This document shows positions 47,301 through 58,029 of a stretch of DNA of 64,000 bases, one piece after another. The first letter of the stretch is position 1, and each line of letters begins with the position of its first letter. Origin of the DNA: Rhynchopus sp. YZ270_cl-10. Taxonomy: Eukaryota. A program made the translations under genes and the position numbers. The stretch lies in contig OZ037843.1 of assembly GCA_964035575.1 (NCBI GenBank), positions 1,240,001 to 1,304,000 on the forward strand. The letters are read 5' to 3'. Below the pieces are notes generated by a model that saw only the letters and a program-made list of their open reading frames with translations, was not told the origin of the DNA and did not search any database.

Positions 47301-49266
47301 CGTCAACTTCCCCGGACCTGCCAGCGACGCTGCTGTTGCCAAGGCCGCCACCGCCACCACCGCCACCTCTGAGGTCAACTGCATCGGTGAGGAGGCCTGC
47401 CGTGGCGCCGTTCTGAAGTGCCCTGCCACAAAGTCGTGCAACCTCCACTGCAAGGGAGGCCACGCATGCCACTCCACGAACGTTACTGGTGGGGTCTGGA
47501 AGGTGAAGTGCCATGGTGTGGACCATGCGTGCACGAACATCAGTGCAGACGGGCACGACGTTTGTGACAGCAACGCGACCGCGAACTGCCATGAAGAGAC
47601 CCAGGGTAGTGCCAGCTCTGGTAGTGCGAGCATGGACTCCAGCAGCATGAGCTCGGGTAGCATGGGCAGCAGCATGGGCGGCAGTGCCGGCAGCAGCAGC
47701 GCGTCGCATGCGTGGGGTAGCTACCAGAGCCTCTCCTGCGCGGCGGAGCAGGACTGCCGCTGTGACGACGACGTCTGCCGTGGGCAGTGCAGGGAGGCAG
47801 GCTCATGCAGCAACTCCAGCATCCTCTGCAACGCAAAGGAGGAGTGCAGCCTCAACTGCGTCAAGGAAGGCAGCTGCAAAGACGCGCACGTCAACTGCAA
47901 CACCGCAGGCGTCTGCAACGTGCACTGCATTGGGGACAGGTCCTGCACCGGCCTCAAACGTCCATCGTACTCCCCGTATTGGTACCCCGACATGGCAGGA
48001 AAGCTGTACGGGCTTTGGGGTGCCGCCACCGCGAAGTCGACCCGCTTCACCTGCACCGGAGTCAACTCCTGTGCACAGTCGTCCATCGGATGTGCGTCTG
48101 ACTACTGCGACCTGAGCTGCAAGGGTGCTGCATCGTGCAACCAGACCGTCGCGTACTTCGCGGGCACCAGCGCGAAGGTGCGCTGCAAGAGCACAGACTC
48201 CTGCACAACGTCGGCCTTCAGCTTTATGAACAACGCTGGCCCGGCGAGCATTGGGTGCTATGCGAATTCATCGTGCAAGGGCACGGAGATCACCTGCCCG
48301 GCAGATTCCACATGCACGCTGAAGTGCACAGAGGCCGCCTCTTGCGAGAACCTTGCCATCCAATGCGCCTCAGACACCAACGGACACTGCGAGATCCGCT
48401 GCGAAGGGTCTGCCTGCAGCGGCGTCTACATCACCGGACGTGCCAACGTCGTGTGTGTCGGGGACTGCGGTCTTGAGACGAAGTACTCCGACCTCGTGGC
48501 ACCCATGCCAGGCGACTGTGGGTCCTGGGAGAAGAAGTCGGGCGTCACCGAGACCATCGACTGCGCAACAAATTGCACCAACACCACCGACGTTGCGAAC
48601 GACTGCAGACATTGGTGTCAATGCACCGACACCGCTGCCCCCACCCCTGCCCCGGTCCTTGCCAGCGGGATTGTCGAGGTCCTCAAGAAGGTGTTCGACC
48701 TTGCCCTTGGTGCTCTCTTTGGCTCCTTCAATAGGGTCCTGTTTGTGCAGTACCTGACTGCCATGTTGAGCGCAGTGCTGAACGCATTCCAAATCCATTG
48801 GCTCTGCCCTGCAAGCGCATGCGACGGAGGCTGCCCAAGCAGTGTCTTCGCAAAGATGGCAGGTGGCTGCACCAGCGTTGACTCGACCACTTCCCTGAGA
48901 GAAGCGTTGATTCTGACAGACGCGTCCGGAGGGACCAACGTTATGTTCGAGCCAACTGAGTACTCAGGCACCGCAACCGTTGACGACGTGACCAACACTA
49001 TTAACGACAGAATTGCCAACCCTACCGCAGATGACACCTTCCAACTGCTTGGTGTGACTGAAAGCACGACAGGTGTCCTCGTCACAGCACCCACCCCGGC
49101 ACCTACCTTCGATGACGACGACGAGCTCGCACCTGGCATGATCGGATTGATTGCTGGTCTCAGTGCGCTGGGATGCATTGCGTTGGTTGCCTTTATCGCG
49201 CTCTGTGCCTGTGGCGGAAAGAAGGAGGACGCCAACCTCCCCGTCAAGAATGAGCCTGCTCTGTAG
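44344..49266 (+). CDS. Large cysteine-rich type I surface glycoprotein (1640 aa) with Ser/Met-rich linkers
   Basis: Signal peptide (MKVVSLSALALVVGVVTA) and four Cys-rich modules sharing C..SCRDSHINC..C.VRCYG..SC..L.R...YGLWG...F.CTG..SC..S.IGC. Also SMSGS repeats, many N-x-S/T sequons, a C-terminal TM (MIGLIAGLSALGCIALVAFIALCAC) and a short tail. Confidence 0.92.
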   Translation: MKVVSLSALALVVGVVTAATSTPGSGSMSGSYSDSSMSGSSMSKSKSGSKSTTGSMSDSSDMSDLGNELFASADDGTLCKHAHACLGHCKDENCKNTTLVCDASICHSTCLDEESCAHSHMNCLRPHNGLCSLVCLGEKSCYGLTSAEDTNYAGIELDDFPDDTKGTQYGMWSPEGTAMSSLTCGGTKSCANSTVGCAGYECGLLCTGNNSCAELEYAVSERAQRIAIDCMGPWSCRGAKFDLGESMEWANYSDSSMSGSNGSYSDSSMSGSNGSYSDSSMSGSNGSYSNGSMSGSSMSKSKSGSKSNTGSMSDSSDMSDSGSSSIPYLWKQTTVSCLNNGSCWGAKVECPGWGPCNVVCSGQDACRDMSLMCEGCNLYCFLGDYSCNGINVNGSYLRYDHAYDSNESSEQSDGSSDDGNAVCDDSEGRMEGVANCTSEGGCVCDEAVCSAMCTAEGSCNGTSILCNAKYCKLECCEESCRDSHINCDADVCDVRCYAKESCANLKRAEDTEHNIDIPANRGGTGYGLWGSQRAGLSDFDCTGTSSCENSTIGCASRRCELECSANYACRGTKVNISGASAAVVWCTDDVSCAGSRISFDAHFPVMEEEAKARNAKALADASDSSSMSGSNSSMSGSYSSMSGSYSDSSMSDSSSMSGSYSDSNMSGSSMSKSKSKSGSKSNTGSHSDSGSMDMDTPTIYCTSNSACARSVFHCSDDDEKWCKLSCIGENSCRGVNVTGSWDITCYGIDEACKDLDDGGNEVCDMKKGSCTKSKSKSKSKDNSDSSDSSDSSDSDSLDMHEMCAMFVDKASPGNCAAEGGCMCDPVENKDTCTEMCTSPLVCANSSIICKTEDLCKLECCEESCRESHINCDTKGLCEVRCYGNRACYGMQRVHDTDYSGIDLPAGLAGEGYGLFGGENAEKSLFECSGNHSCASSNIGCGSGFCELDCSGHAACEKVVFNVSDTSSAAVHCTNKGACTNTSFHFHVNFPGPASDAAVAKAATATTATSEVNCIGEEACRGAVLKCPATKSCNLHCKGGHACHSTNVTGGVWKVKCHGVDHACTNISADGHDVCDSNATANCHEETQGSASSGSASMDSSSMSSGSMGSSMGGSAGSSSASHAWGSYQSLSCAAEQDCRCDDDVCRGQCREAGSCSNSSILCNAKEECSLNCVKEGSCKDAHVNCNTAGVCNVHCIGDRSCTGLKRPSYSPYWYPDMAGKLYGLWGAATAKSTRFTCTGVNSCAQSSIGCASDYCDLSCKGAASCNQTVAYFAGTSAKVRCKSTDSCTTSAFSFMNNAGPASIGCYANSSCKGTEITCPADSTCTLKCTEAASCENLAIQCASDTNGHCEIRCEGSACSGVYITGRANVVCVGDCGLETKYSDLVAPMPGDCGSWEKKSGVTETIDCATNCTNTTDVANDCRHWCQCTDTAAPTPAPVLASGIVEVLKKVFDLALGALFGSFNRVLFVQYLTAMLSAVLNAFQIHWLCPASACDGGCPSSVFAKMAGGCTSVDSTTSLREALILTDASGGTNVMFEPTEYSGTATVDDVTNTINDRIANPTADDTFQLLGVTESTTGVLVTAPTPAPTFDDDDELAPGMIGLIAGLSALGCIALVAFIALCACGGKKEDANLPVKNEPAL

Positions 49267-50319
49267 AGAAAAACATCTTTTTTAAAGGAGGGTCGGTGAC
49301 ATAGCTGAGTACTGTATCCAATCGATGATTTTGTTGACAATAACTGAAAACAATCACAGTGATAGACAAAACAGAGAGAGAAAAAGAGAGTTCCGTGTAA
49401 TTAGAGATAGCCTAGTAGAAGATGAGGGTCAAAGCTCGAAAGAGGGCCCCCATGCAAAAGACTAGGGAATGTTGTGTTTTGTGTGTGGGGGAAAAGATAA
49501 AATAATAGGAAAAGTAAATGGGCGATAATAAAAAAAGACCATTTGATAAAAGAAAGAAACATTTTTAAAAAGGATCAGGTTTACGAATTACTTACACCAA
49601 ATTGTTCGAAGCCAGTAAAGGCGGAAAAAAAAGGGGGGAAATGAATGAAAAACATGGCTTCATAAATATATTCAATATTTTTTTTATAAGACATGTATGC
49701 ATTTCTAAGGAAATTTTTCAGTAACTACGAGTCGTCTTTTCCCTCCCGTGCTCCCCATCTCACTCACACACTGCATCTTCATCAGGAAAATTGTCAAAAT
49801 TCTTTCGTTCAACATTGTGAGCAGCGTTTGGTGATACAAAAAAAAAAAAAAAGTTAGTAGAGTTCATCTTCGGGTGTCTACACTAAAACAACCAAGTTTT
49901 CAAAAAAAAAAAAAAAAAATGTACCTGAGTGTGGGGATGCGTTCAAGAATTAAACTCTTCCCCCCAAACCAGTGCTGTCGTGCCTGATCAGGCTGGTATG
50001 GCATTCGCCATACCTATTAAATTTGGTTTTTTTTCCTGGTAGGGCAAGGTCCGCCCTCCTGCCCTACCAGGATTTTTTTTATTTTATTTTATTTTTTTGA
50101 GGAGGGGTTCGGCAGGCATTTTGCTAACCATCGTTACGAGTTTTTGGCGTTTTTTTTCTCATCGTTTCATCGACCGTGGGAGACCAGAACGCGACTCAAT
50201 TGGTCAAACGCCGAAGGAAAAGGAAGCATGCAGCATGGCGGAAGAAAAAAAAGTAGCGCTTGCAATGCACCCTTCCCATGACATAGTTTGGCTGCAAAAA
50301 TGGTCAATTTTAAGCGCAT

Positions 50320-51410
50320 TTTTTTTTTGAAATGTTGCGTACCGTGGCTTCGCCAGAAACTTTCGTTTTTAGAAAAATACGTAAGTAAACTTTACGGACA
50401 CTGACGTTAATTACGAACGACAGCGCTACTTTATGGCAACATTTTTTAGAAATACCGTGGCTTCGCCTGGAACCTTTGGTTGCCGTGGTTCTTTTATAGA
50501 TCTACTGAGGTTACTGATACGACAGCTGACACCCACTACGGCTTGTGGTTCACCCTCCCCACCCGCCTTTCACGATTTTGTGCATCAGAGGGGAGAAAGA
50601 GCCTGACCTTCTTGCACTGGCAGGGAGTCGCGCGCGCGAAGCGCGCGCAGCGACCGCTTTTACGGGGGGAAAGCTCGGGACCTTTTTTTGCGGGTTTTTT
50701 TTTGGCCTGCCCTACCAGTGCCCTACCTATTAATTTTATTTTCAAAACTCAGCGACAGCACTGCCCCAAACCCCCTTTTCGTCTTTGTTTCCTTTATCCA
50801 AACGGCAAAGTGGATGCGTAATAATTTTTGTATTTTCCTCATTTTCTCTATTTTATTTGACTCTACTTTATTTGCTTACACTTACAGAAGGGGCAGGGGT
50901 CCTAAGAGTGGTAACTTTTACCACTTCTGAAGTGACCTTTTTTATTTTTTTGAAATCCGAAGGTCACTTCGAAGTGACCTTCCCCTTTTTTATTTTTGAA
51001 ATCTGGTGTCACGAAGTGACCTCGGGTGCTTAACATACACCGGGAACACGTTGGAGCTTGTTCTTTGCGAATCTTATTTGAGCATGCTTCGGGTCCGGGA
51101 TTTTTTTTTCCTTTTTTTGCCAAGATCAGTGGTCTGCAGGGCTTGCCACAATGTATAATTTTCGCGCAATTTTTTGAAATGTTGCGTACCGTGGCTTCGC
51201 CAGAAACTTTCGTTTTAGCAAAATACGTAAAGGAAAATTCGCGGAAACTGACGATAATGACCAAAGACAGTGCCATTTTATGGCAACATTTTTTAGAAAT
51301 GTTGCGTACCGTGGCTTCGCCAGGAACCTTTGGGTGCTGTGACCGCCGTTTCTTTTATAAATGCACCGAGGTTACTGATACGAAGGCTGACACCCACTAC
51401 GGCTTGTGGA
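50320..51410 (+). repeat. Two diverged copies (~50320-50550, ~51170-51410) of a repeat containing GTTGCGTACCGTGGCTTCGCC motifs; inverted relative at ~29995-30340
   Basis: Shared AAATGTTGCGTACCGTGGCTTCGCCAGAAACTTTCGTTTT..GAGGTTACTGATACGA..GCTGACACCCACTACGGCTTGTGG. Confidence 0.75.
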
Positions 51411-52178
51411 TCACCAGTTACCAAGCTATCAAGGCTGCAGAGGCCTGGGGGAGAGCAGGCTTTCCGCAGGTTGGTCTGATGATACGGCGATAACCAACGT
51501 CTTCCCAGTGTGTATGTCCGAGGATTTGCACCTTTGCAACGACACTTTTTTTGTTGTTACCATACCGCCTCTGAGGGGGGAAAGTTTTTTTTTCCCCCCT
51601 CAAAAAACGAGAAGTGACCTTGAAGTTACCATTTTTATTTTTTTTGAGAACAGCGTTAGGACCCCTGAGAAGGGGTCAAAAAAGATATTTATTCCCCCCA
51701 TTTTCCTCTATTTTATTTGACTTTCACCAAACCATGTGAAGTCAAGGAGTACTACTAGGGGGTGGCTTGCCACTAAGAACCCTTGTCCAAAGTATTACTT
51801 TTTCTTGAAAAGCTCGCTGTACTCAGTAAATTTATGGATGTGCCCCAAAACACATTTTTTTTTTTTTGAACAAGATAAAACCAGGGTATTAGGGTGAAAA
51901 TCCAAAATTCCGGAAAAAACTGGTTTTTCTGGTTTTCTCTCCTGGGTGGCGAAAACTAGTGTTTCCGGCGAAAACCTCCACCGTTGACGGACACAGTCAC
52001 CTTTTCCGGGGTTTTCGGGGGTGGGGTCAGTGTCTTATCCAGGAATCCGATTTCAAAATATTTTTCGGCGCTGCTGACCCAGGGTAGACATTGGGAACAT
52101 AGGGACTGTATTTTTTTTTGCGGAGCAAAAAAATAATATAAAATGGCGCCGCAGGCGAAAATTTTTGAGGGTACGGTT

Positions 52179-52575
52179 AGGGGAGCCTATACCGGTAATT
52201 TTGGCTCCTTTTGATTTTAAATTGAAATTTCTAAGTCTTTTTTGACCTACGACCCCGGCAATGCATTTTTTGGGACTCTGTGGACGCAAATGAGTAAAAA
52301 TTTAAACAAAATGCTGCCCGTTGGCACATTTAAACGCACATTTTGTTGAAAATTGTCATTTTACACTGGATTTGCCTTTGCCATTTTCAGTTTTTTTGCA
52401 GATTTTTTTCAAAAAAAAAATTGAAGAAAAAAGGCTCAAAAGTGCCTGAAACCCGGCGGAAAGTGATTTTTGGTGAGGTATATAGGGTAGTTTCATCTAT
52501 TTTTGGGTTTTTTTGCCGAAAGGCGCCAAATTTTCCGAGCCAAATGAAGGAATAGCCGGTGCATAGGCTCCCCTA
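52179..52575. mobile_element. MITE-like element
   Basis: TAGGGGAGCCTATACCGG ... CCGGTgcATAGGCTCCCCTA inverted ends. Confidence 0.5.
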
Positions 52576-53292
52576 GTACGGTGTAAAAATCTAGCTTTTT
52601 ACACCACAGAGCCACTCAAACGAACCCTTTTTTGCGGAGCAAAAAATGAAAAATGGCGCCGCAGGCAAAAAAAAATCAAGGAACAGCCATTTCCCAAAGG
52701 CACTCCCGTGGTTCAACCACGGTTCTTCCAGGCGGGGGAAAAATGCGGGGAAAACAATCGAGTCCGCCCTAATCTGGGGACGACATTTACAGAAAGGTCT
52801 GGTGAAAAGTGTCGGTATTTTTTTCCCCTCCAGATTTCTCTGTTTTTTTTTTTTTTTTGAAAACCAGTTTTTGGAAAAACTGGTTTTCAAAACCAGTTTT
52901 TTTAACCACCCTAATACCCTGGATAAAACAAAAAAGCTTGCGTTTCCTTTACTTTTGAATCCCGATCCCACTTTTTTTTTAACCAAAAGAAAACCGACGC
53001 AGGAGCTTTTCTTGGAACTGTTTTATTCTCCCTACCCCAACAACATCACATTTCAGAAAAACATTGTTTTTTCGTTTTTGTTCACTTTCTTTTCTTCTCC
53101 CTCACACCTGTTTGCTGTGAATTAAATTTTTTCGTTTTTTGTGTGCGTTTTTTGTGAGATGGCACATAGGATGACGCGGGCGCAACGCGTCGGAACGGAG
53201 TGAGGAGTTGGTTGGAGGAGAAGGTGAGTTTGCGTCTGGCAGCGAATGCGCGCAGGGAGGAAGCCCGGGTGCCACAATTTTTTCGTTTTGTA

Positions 53293-53536
53293 TAAGAGTT
53301 GACTGTGCCTGCGTACTTCGACTCGCAGCGTCAGGCGAAGAAGGACGTAGGGGCGATTCTCGGGGATGGACGTGCTGTGCATCATCAACGAACCGACTGT
53401 GGATGCGATTGCGTACGGAATGGACAACGCGAGCGAGAGCCAGAAGAACATCCTGATCTTCGACCTGGGTGGCGGTACCTTCGATGTGACGCTTCTGGTG
53501 ATTGACGGGGGGATCTTCTAGGTGAAGGCGACTGCG

Positions 53537-53568
<32 letters not shown>

Positions 53569-54570
53569 CAACCGGATGGTGAACCACTTCGTGGAGGAGT
53601 TCAAGAAGAAGCGCCAGAAGCACCTGATGACGTACCAGCGTGCGGCGCCGTGTGCCTGTGAGCGTGCTAAGTGTGCGCTGTCGTCGGCGGCACAGACCAG
53701 CATTGAGATCGACTCGCTATTTGAGGGGACAGACTTCTACTCGTCGATCACACGTGTGACGTTCGAGGAGCTGTGCACGGACCTGTTCAAGTCGTGCCTG
53801 CGCGCTGTGGAGTCTGTCTTGAATGGCTCGAAGCTTGAGGTGCGACATTACGGAGGTTGTGCTGATCGGAGGATCGACCGGCGATGGTGTCGGACTTCTT
53901 CGGCGGAAAGGACCTGAACAAGTCGATCAACCCCGACGAGGCTGTTGCCTTTGGCGCTGCGGTGCAGGCCCTTGTGCTGACGGGGGGAAAGAGCACGCAA
54001 ACGGAGCAGATCCTGCTGATGGACGTGACGCCGCTGACTGTCGGGATTAAGACGGACGGGGGTGTGATGGCACCGCTGATCAAGAGGAACACGACGATCC
54101 CGACGAAGAAAAGCCGGGAGTTCTCGACGTGCGGACAACCAGAATGTTCTGTGTTCGAGGGGGAGAGCGCGATGACGAAGGACTGACACCAGCTCGGAAC
54201 GTTTTGACCCGGCAGGGATCCCGCCGGCCCCACGTGGAGTGTCCCAGATTGAGGTCACCTTTGACGTCGACGCGAATGGCATCATGGACGTGTCTGCCGA
54301 GGACTAGTCGACCGGGAACTTCCGGGGAAGAAGTCGCAGGTCATCATCACCAACGACAAGGGCCGTCTGTCCCAGAAGGAAATTGCCGACATGTGCAACG
54401 ACGCAGAGAAGTTCGCTGAGGCCGACAAGCAGGCGCGTGCGTGTCGGCGCCAGACACTCGAGACCTACGCCCACCAGATGGTCACCACCCTCGAGCTCTG
54501 CGGCACTGAGGCCACCAAGGAGGAGTTCCAGTCCTCCCAGAGGAAGCTGGAGAGGACCTGCAGCACCTGA
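53293..54570 (+). pseudogene. HSP70: HSP70 pseudogene fragment (5'-truncated, multiple stops and frameshifts)
   Basis: [120 protein letters not shown]. Confidence 0.93.
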
Positions 54571-54809
54571 CGAAGCTAACAGATGGCTATTCGTACAGCA
54601 GTGTAGAGGCAGGGAAGGAGTTATCGGCGGAAGCGTTTGGCTGATACGTGGCTCGATGTCGTTCACGAAGAAAGCAAAGCCGGAACATCACCTTCAACAA
54701 GCTGTTCGGGGCGTACTGTGTCGTGGTGTGCCTGAGGGACCTTGGCTCCGTGGATGAAGGCGTTTACAGTGTGGAGCTTGTTAGCGCACCTACGCCAAGA
54801 TTGTACGCG

Positions 54810-55150
54810 GCAAGGTAGACTACGGCGATGGGAGTACCTATCAAGTACTTATGAAGGGCAAATCCGTCATGGAAAATGAGAAGGTAAAGACACCCTGATG
54901 TACAGTGCCTGCGATGAGTATGAAGGCGATTGGGTGGACGACAAAAAGAATGGGGTACGCTGTTTCAGTAGAGGGACGTATGTGGGTGAATGGAAGGATG
55001 ATAAGATGCATGGACCGGGACGGTAACGTTTGAGGATAAGTCGCGGTACGAAGGGCAGTATTGCGAGGATAAGATGGAAGGGCAGGGCAAGCTGCTCTAC
55101 GCGAATGGAAACAGATACGACGGTGGTTCTGTGAACAACTGCAAACACGT
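54810..55150 (+). pseudogene. MORN-repeat protein fragment (disrupted)
   Basis: YEGDWVDDKKNG; YVGEWKDDKMHGPGTVTFEDKSRYEGQYCEDKMEGQGKLLYANGNRYDG. Confidence 0.8.
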
Positions 55151-56719
55151 TAAAGGGCATATCTTCTAAGAAGCCACCAAGGACATCGTCGAGCTGCAGG
55201 GTGTGCGGCAGCAAGGTCGTGCGAGTGAACGTTACGGCAGGGACGGGTATTGTGGCCTCCCGCAGGAGCGTGTAGTCGTTAGCCCACGGAGGCACTCTAA
55301 CGACCTCACGAAGGATGCTGCATGGATATTTTTCTGGAGAACACCGAGAACGCGAACGTCGCCCCACAGCCAGTAGAGGTAGGTGAAGACATGACGCTCG
55401 TCGACCCTGCTACGGTGGTGTGCAACCACAGCACCCTCCCGAGCGAGTGGGTGCGTTTTTCCCTGCACGGGGACGACGACTGTGCTGTGCTGTGGATGTG
55501 CGTCTGAGTGACGTGACTGGCGAGGCGTGTATGTCACTGGTACCACTTTGAGGGTTTTGAGTGCATCAAGGATGTCAACACGACACGAGGTCTACCTGTA
55601 GCTGGTGTGGCAGCTTCTCTGTGCACTATCACGTCGAGCCCTCCGTGAGGTAGACATATCGCTTTTTATCTGCGAGAGTGTCCAGCAATTCCCCTACGTT
55701 GGCGCTACCGTCTCGCTCATGAGGAGTGCAGGTGTTGCGGAACGGGGGCGTGTGGCTTGACGCGCGGACGGAGCAGGCGGCACTGGGCCCCGGCTGGCTC
55801 AGGAAGGTTCTGCTGTTCCCGGCCACAATGGTGTGCTGCTTTGGGAGCATAGGCTGGTGCGGCAACCGAGGGCGGCGTTCCCTCGGATGAACCGGCTGTA
55901 GCAACTGGGTGCACTCTGCCTGAAGGTGCAGGGACAGGCTGATCCATTTGCCGAAGGTGCTCCTTGCGGAAATTCCTGGGTGGTGAGGCTTGGCTGCAGG
56001 CGTGCGTGCCCAGAACTGTGCATAGTCCGTTTACATCAGCTCGGATGAGAGTGTAGCTGGGGGTGCGCTGGCGTTGCTGAACCCTTGGGGGAGGTGGTGT
56101 TACGTGTCTCTTGGAAGTGGACGGCGACTTTGCTGTTCAAGCCCCCACCTCAATCTGGCGGAGAGAGCTGGTGGTAGCGCTGATTGCGACGGCTACGGCG
56201 GATATGCGCTGTTTGACTGGGATTGCTTTCGAGGTGTTCCACGACACTGGTACAGTTGTGTCGAGGCAACGAAAGCTGCGCTCTCCCCACCCAGGCGAAA
56301 GTCTGTTGATCGCGGAGTTTGGTGGGTGATATGTGCGGATGGAGATGTGCGCACGCACCATGTGACAACGGGGTACTTGGTCGCGGATATGGATACCTGG
56401 TGGGGTGTTTGTCAATTATGTGGGTCTGTTACGTTTCCTGGGGCACGTCTTTTGTGATGCTTCTCTGTTGTTCTTAGTCTTTCGTTTCTGTGAGGCGGGG
56501 GGGGAGGGGGGGGGGAGGGGGGGTTTTTTCTGGTCCTGGTCGCATACTGCGAGTTTTCCTGGAAGCGCAGGAAAAATGACTGGGGAGTGTTGGTGGCTCC
56601 GTGACGCCACAGAGCCGGCACACTCGTTGAGTGCCTCACAAAACCTAAAAATTTATTCCGCTTTGATTTTATTTATTGTCTTCACGCTATATTGTTGTTG
56701 TTGGGTTGGGAAATAAAAT

Positions 56720-58029
56720 AACCAAAAGAAAACCGACGCAGGAGCTTTTCTTGGAACTGTTTTATTCTCCCTACCCCAACAACATCACATTTCAGAAAAA
56801 CATTGTTTTTTCGTTTTTGTTCACTTTCTTTTCTTCTCCCTCACACCTGTTTGCTGTGAATTAAATTTTTTCGTTTCCCTCCCTCCCTCCCTAATTTGTG
56901 TCTTTTATTTTCCAGTTTGTTCGAACCGTTGAATTGTAGGCCCTATGGTGGTCAGGTGGGCCCTTTTTGTTTCAGTGTGTTCATGCGTAGGGTCCGAGTT
57001 GGCCTAGTGAACCTGAATTACCCCTTGTTTCAGTGCGGCCATGCAGAATGGACCTGAATCACCCCTTGTTTCAGTGTGTTCATGCGTAGGGTCCTTAGTT
57101 GGCCTAGTGAACCTGAATCACCCCTTTATTTCAGTGAACCACCCCGTGAGCGCGGATCACCCGTTGAATGGCCTTGCCTCTTGAAGGTTCTGGTCAGGTG
57201 GTGCTCAGGGTGTAAAACAGTTCTTGTTTAATGTGTTCTACTCGTTTAACCTATGGTGGTCAAGTGGTGTTGCAGGGTGTAAAAACAGATTTTTGGGGCG
57301 AAGTGGAGTTCAAAGTGTTAAACGGATGTGTGTTCAGTGCGTACCTCGTGTGGTATTTCTTGGTACTGTTTCCCTGTGCTAGTCTCACTCACATGTGTGT
57401 TCCATGCGGAGGGTCCTTAGTTGGACTAGTGGACATGAATCACTCCTTTTGTATCAGTGTGTTCTGTGTGGAGGTCTCTTAGTTGGCCTAGTGTAACTTC
57501 AACCTCTCTTTTTGCTTCAGTGTGTTCCATGCGGAGGGTCCTTAGTTGGCCTAGTGGACATGAATCACCCCTTTTGTATCAGTGTGTTCTGTGTGGAGGT
57601 CTCTTAGTTGGCCTAGTGTACTTCAACCTCCCTTTTTGCTTCAGTGTGTTCCATGCGGAGGGTCCTTAGTTGGCTTAGTGGACAGTTTTCTTGTACAGTG
57701 CAAACCCGTAAACGGGTTTGCGGGTTTAGCTGGCCTTAGTGGACCGAACCAACTTTGTGTTTTCAATGCGCCAGTAGCGTGGCTTGTCTTGGTCTTGATT
57801 TATCTCTACTTTAGCAGCAAAAATCCTGCACTCCCTAGTCCCATCCTGGTCGCATACTGCGAGTTTTCCTGGAAGCGCAGGAAAAATGACTGGGGAGTGT
57901 TGGTGGCTCCGTGACGCCACAGAGCCGGCACACTCGTTGAGTGCCTCACAAAACCTAAAAATTTATTCCGCTTTGATTTTATTTATTGTCTTCACGCTAT
58001 ATTGTTGTTGTTGGGTTGGGAAATAAAAT
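56720..58029. mobile_element. Cargo-carrying element, unit 2 (head-to-tail with unit 1): end A, tandem-repeat interior, end B
   Basis: Same ends as unit 1. The junction reads ...GGGAAATAAAA-T-AACCAAAAG... Confidence 0.75.
56968..57683. repeat. ~61-bp tandem repeats (two clusters, ~56968-57140 and ~57393-57683; second cluster alternates as a ~123-bp dimer)
   Basis: Unit CAGTGTGTTCCATGCGGAGGGTCCTTAGTTGGCCTAGTGGACATGAATCACCCCTTTTGT and variants. Confidence 0.85.

Larger units (their letters stand above)
52981..56719. mobile_element. Cargo-carrying element, unit 1: end A (52981-53137), gene-fragment cargo, end B (56534-56719)
   Basis: End A (157 bp) is identical to 56720-56876 and end B (186 bp) is identical to 57844-58029. 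Confidence 0.75.

Noticed and set aside
44356..49340. Long antisense ORFs overlapping the surface-protein gene (similar ones overlap the cyclase genes)
   Set aside because: Expected shadows of GC-rich, codon-biased sense genes, with no independent motifs.
56968..57683. Regularly spaced repeats that could be taken for a CRISPR array
   Set aside because: Whole ~61-bp units are repeated with no unique spacers, there are no cas genes, and the context is eukaryotic.
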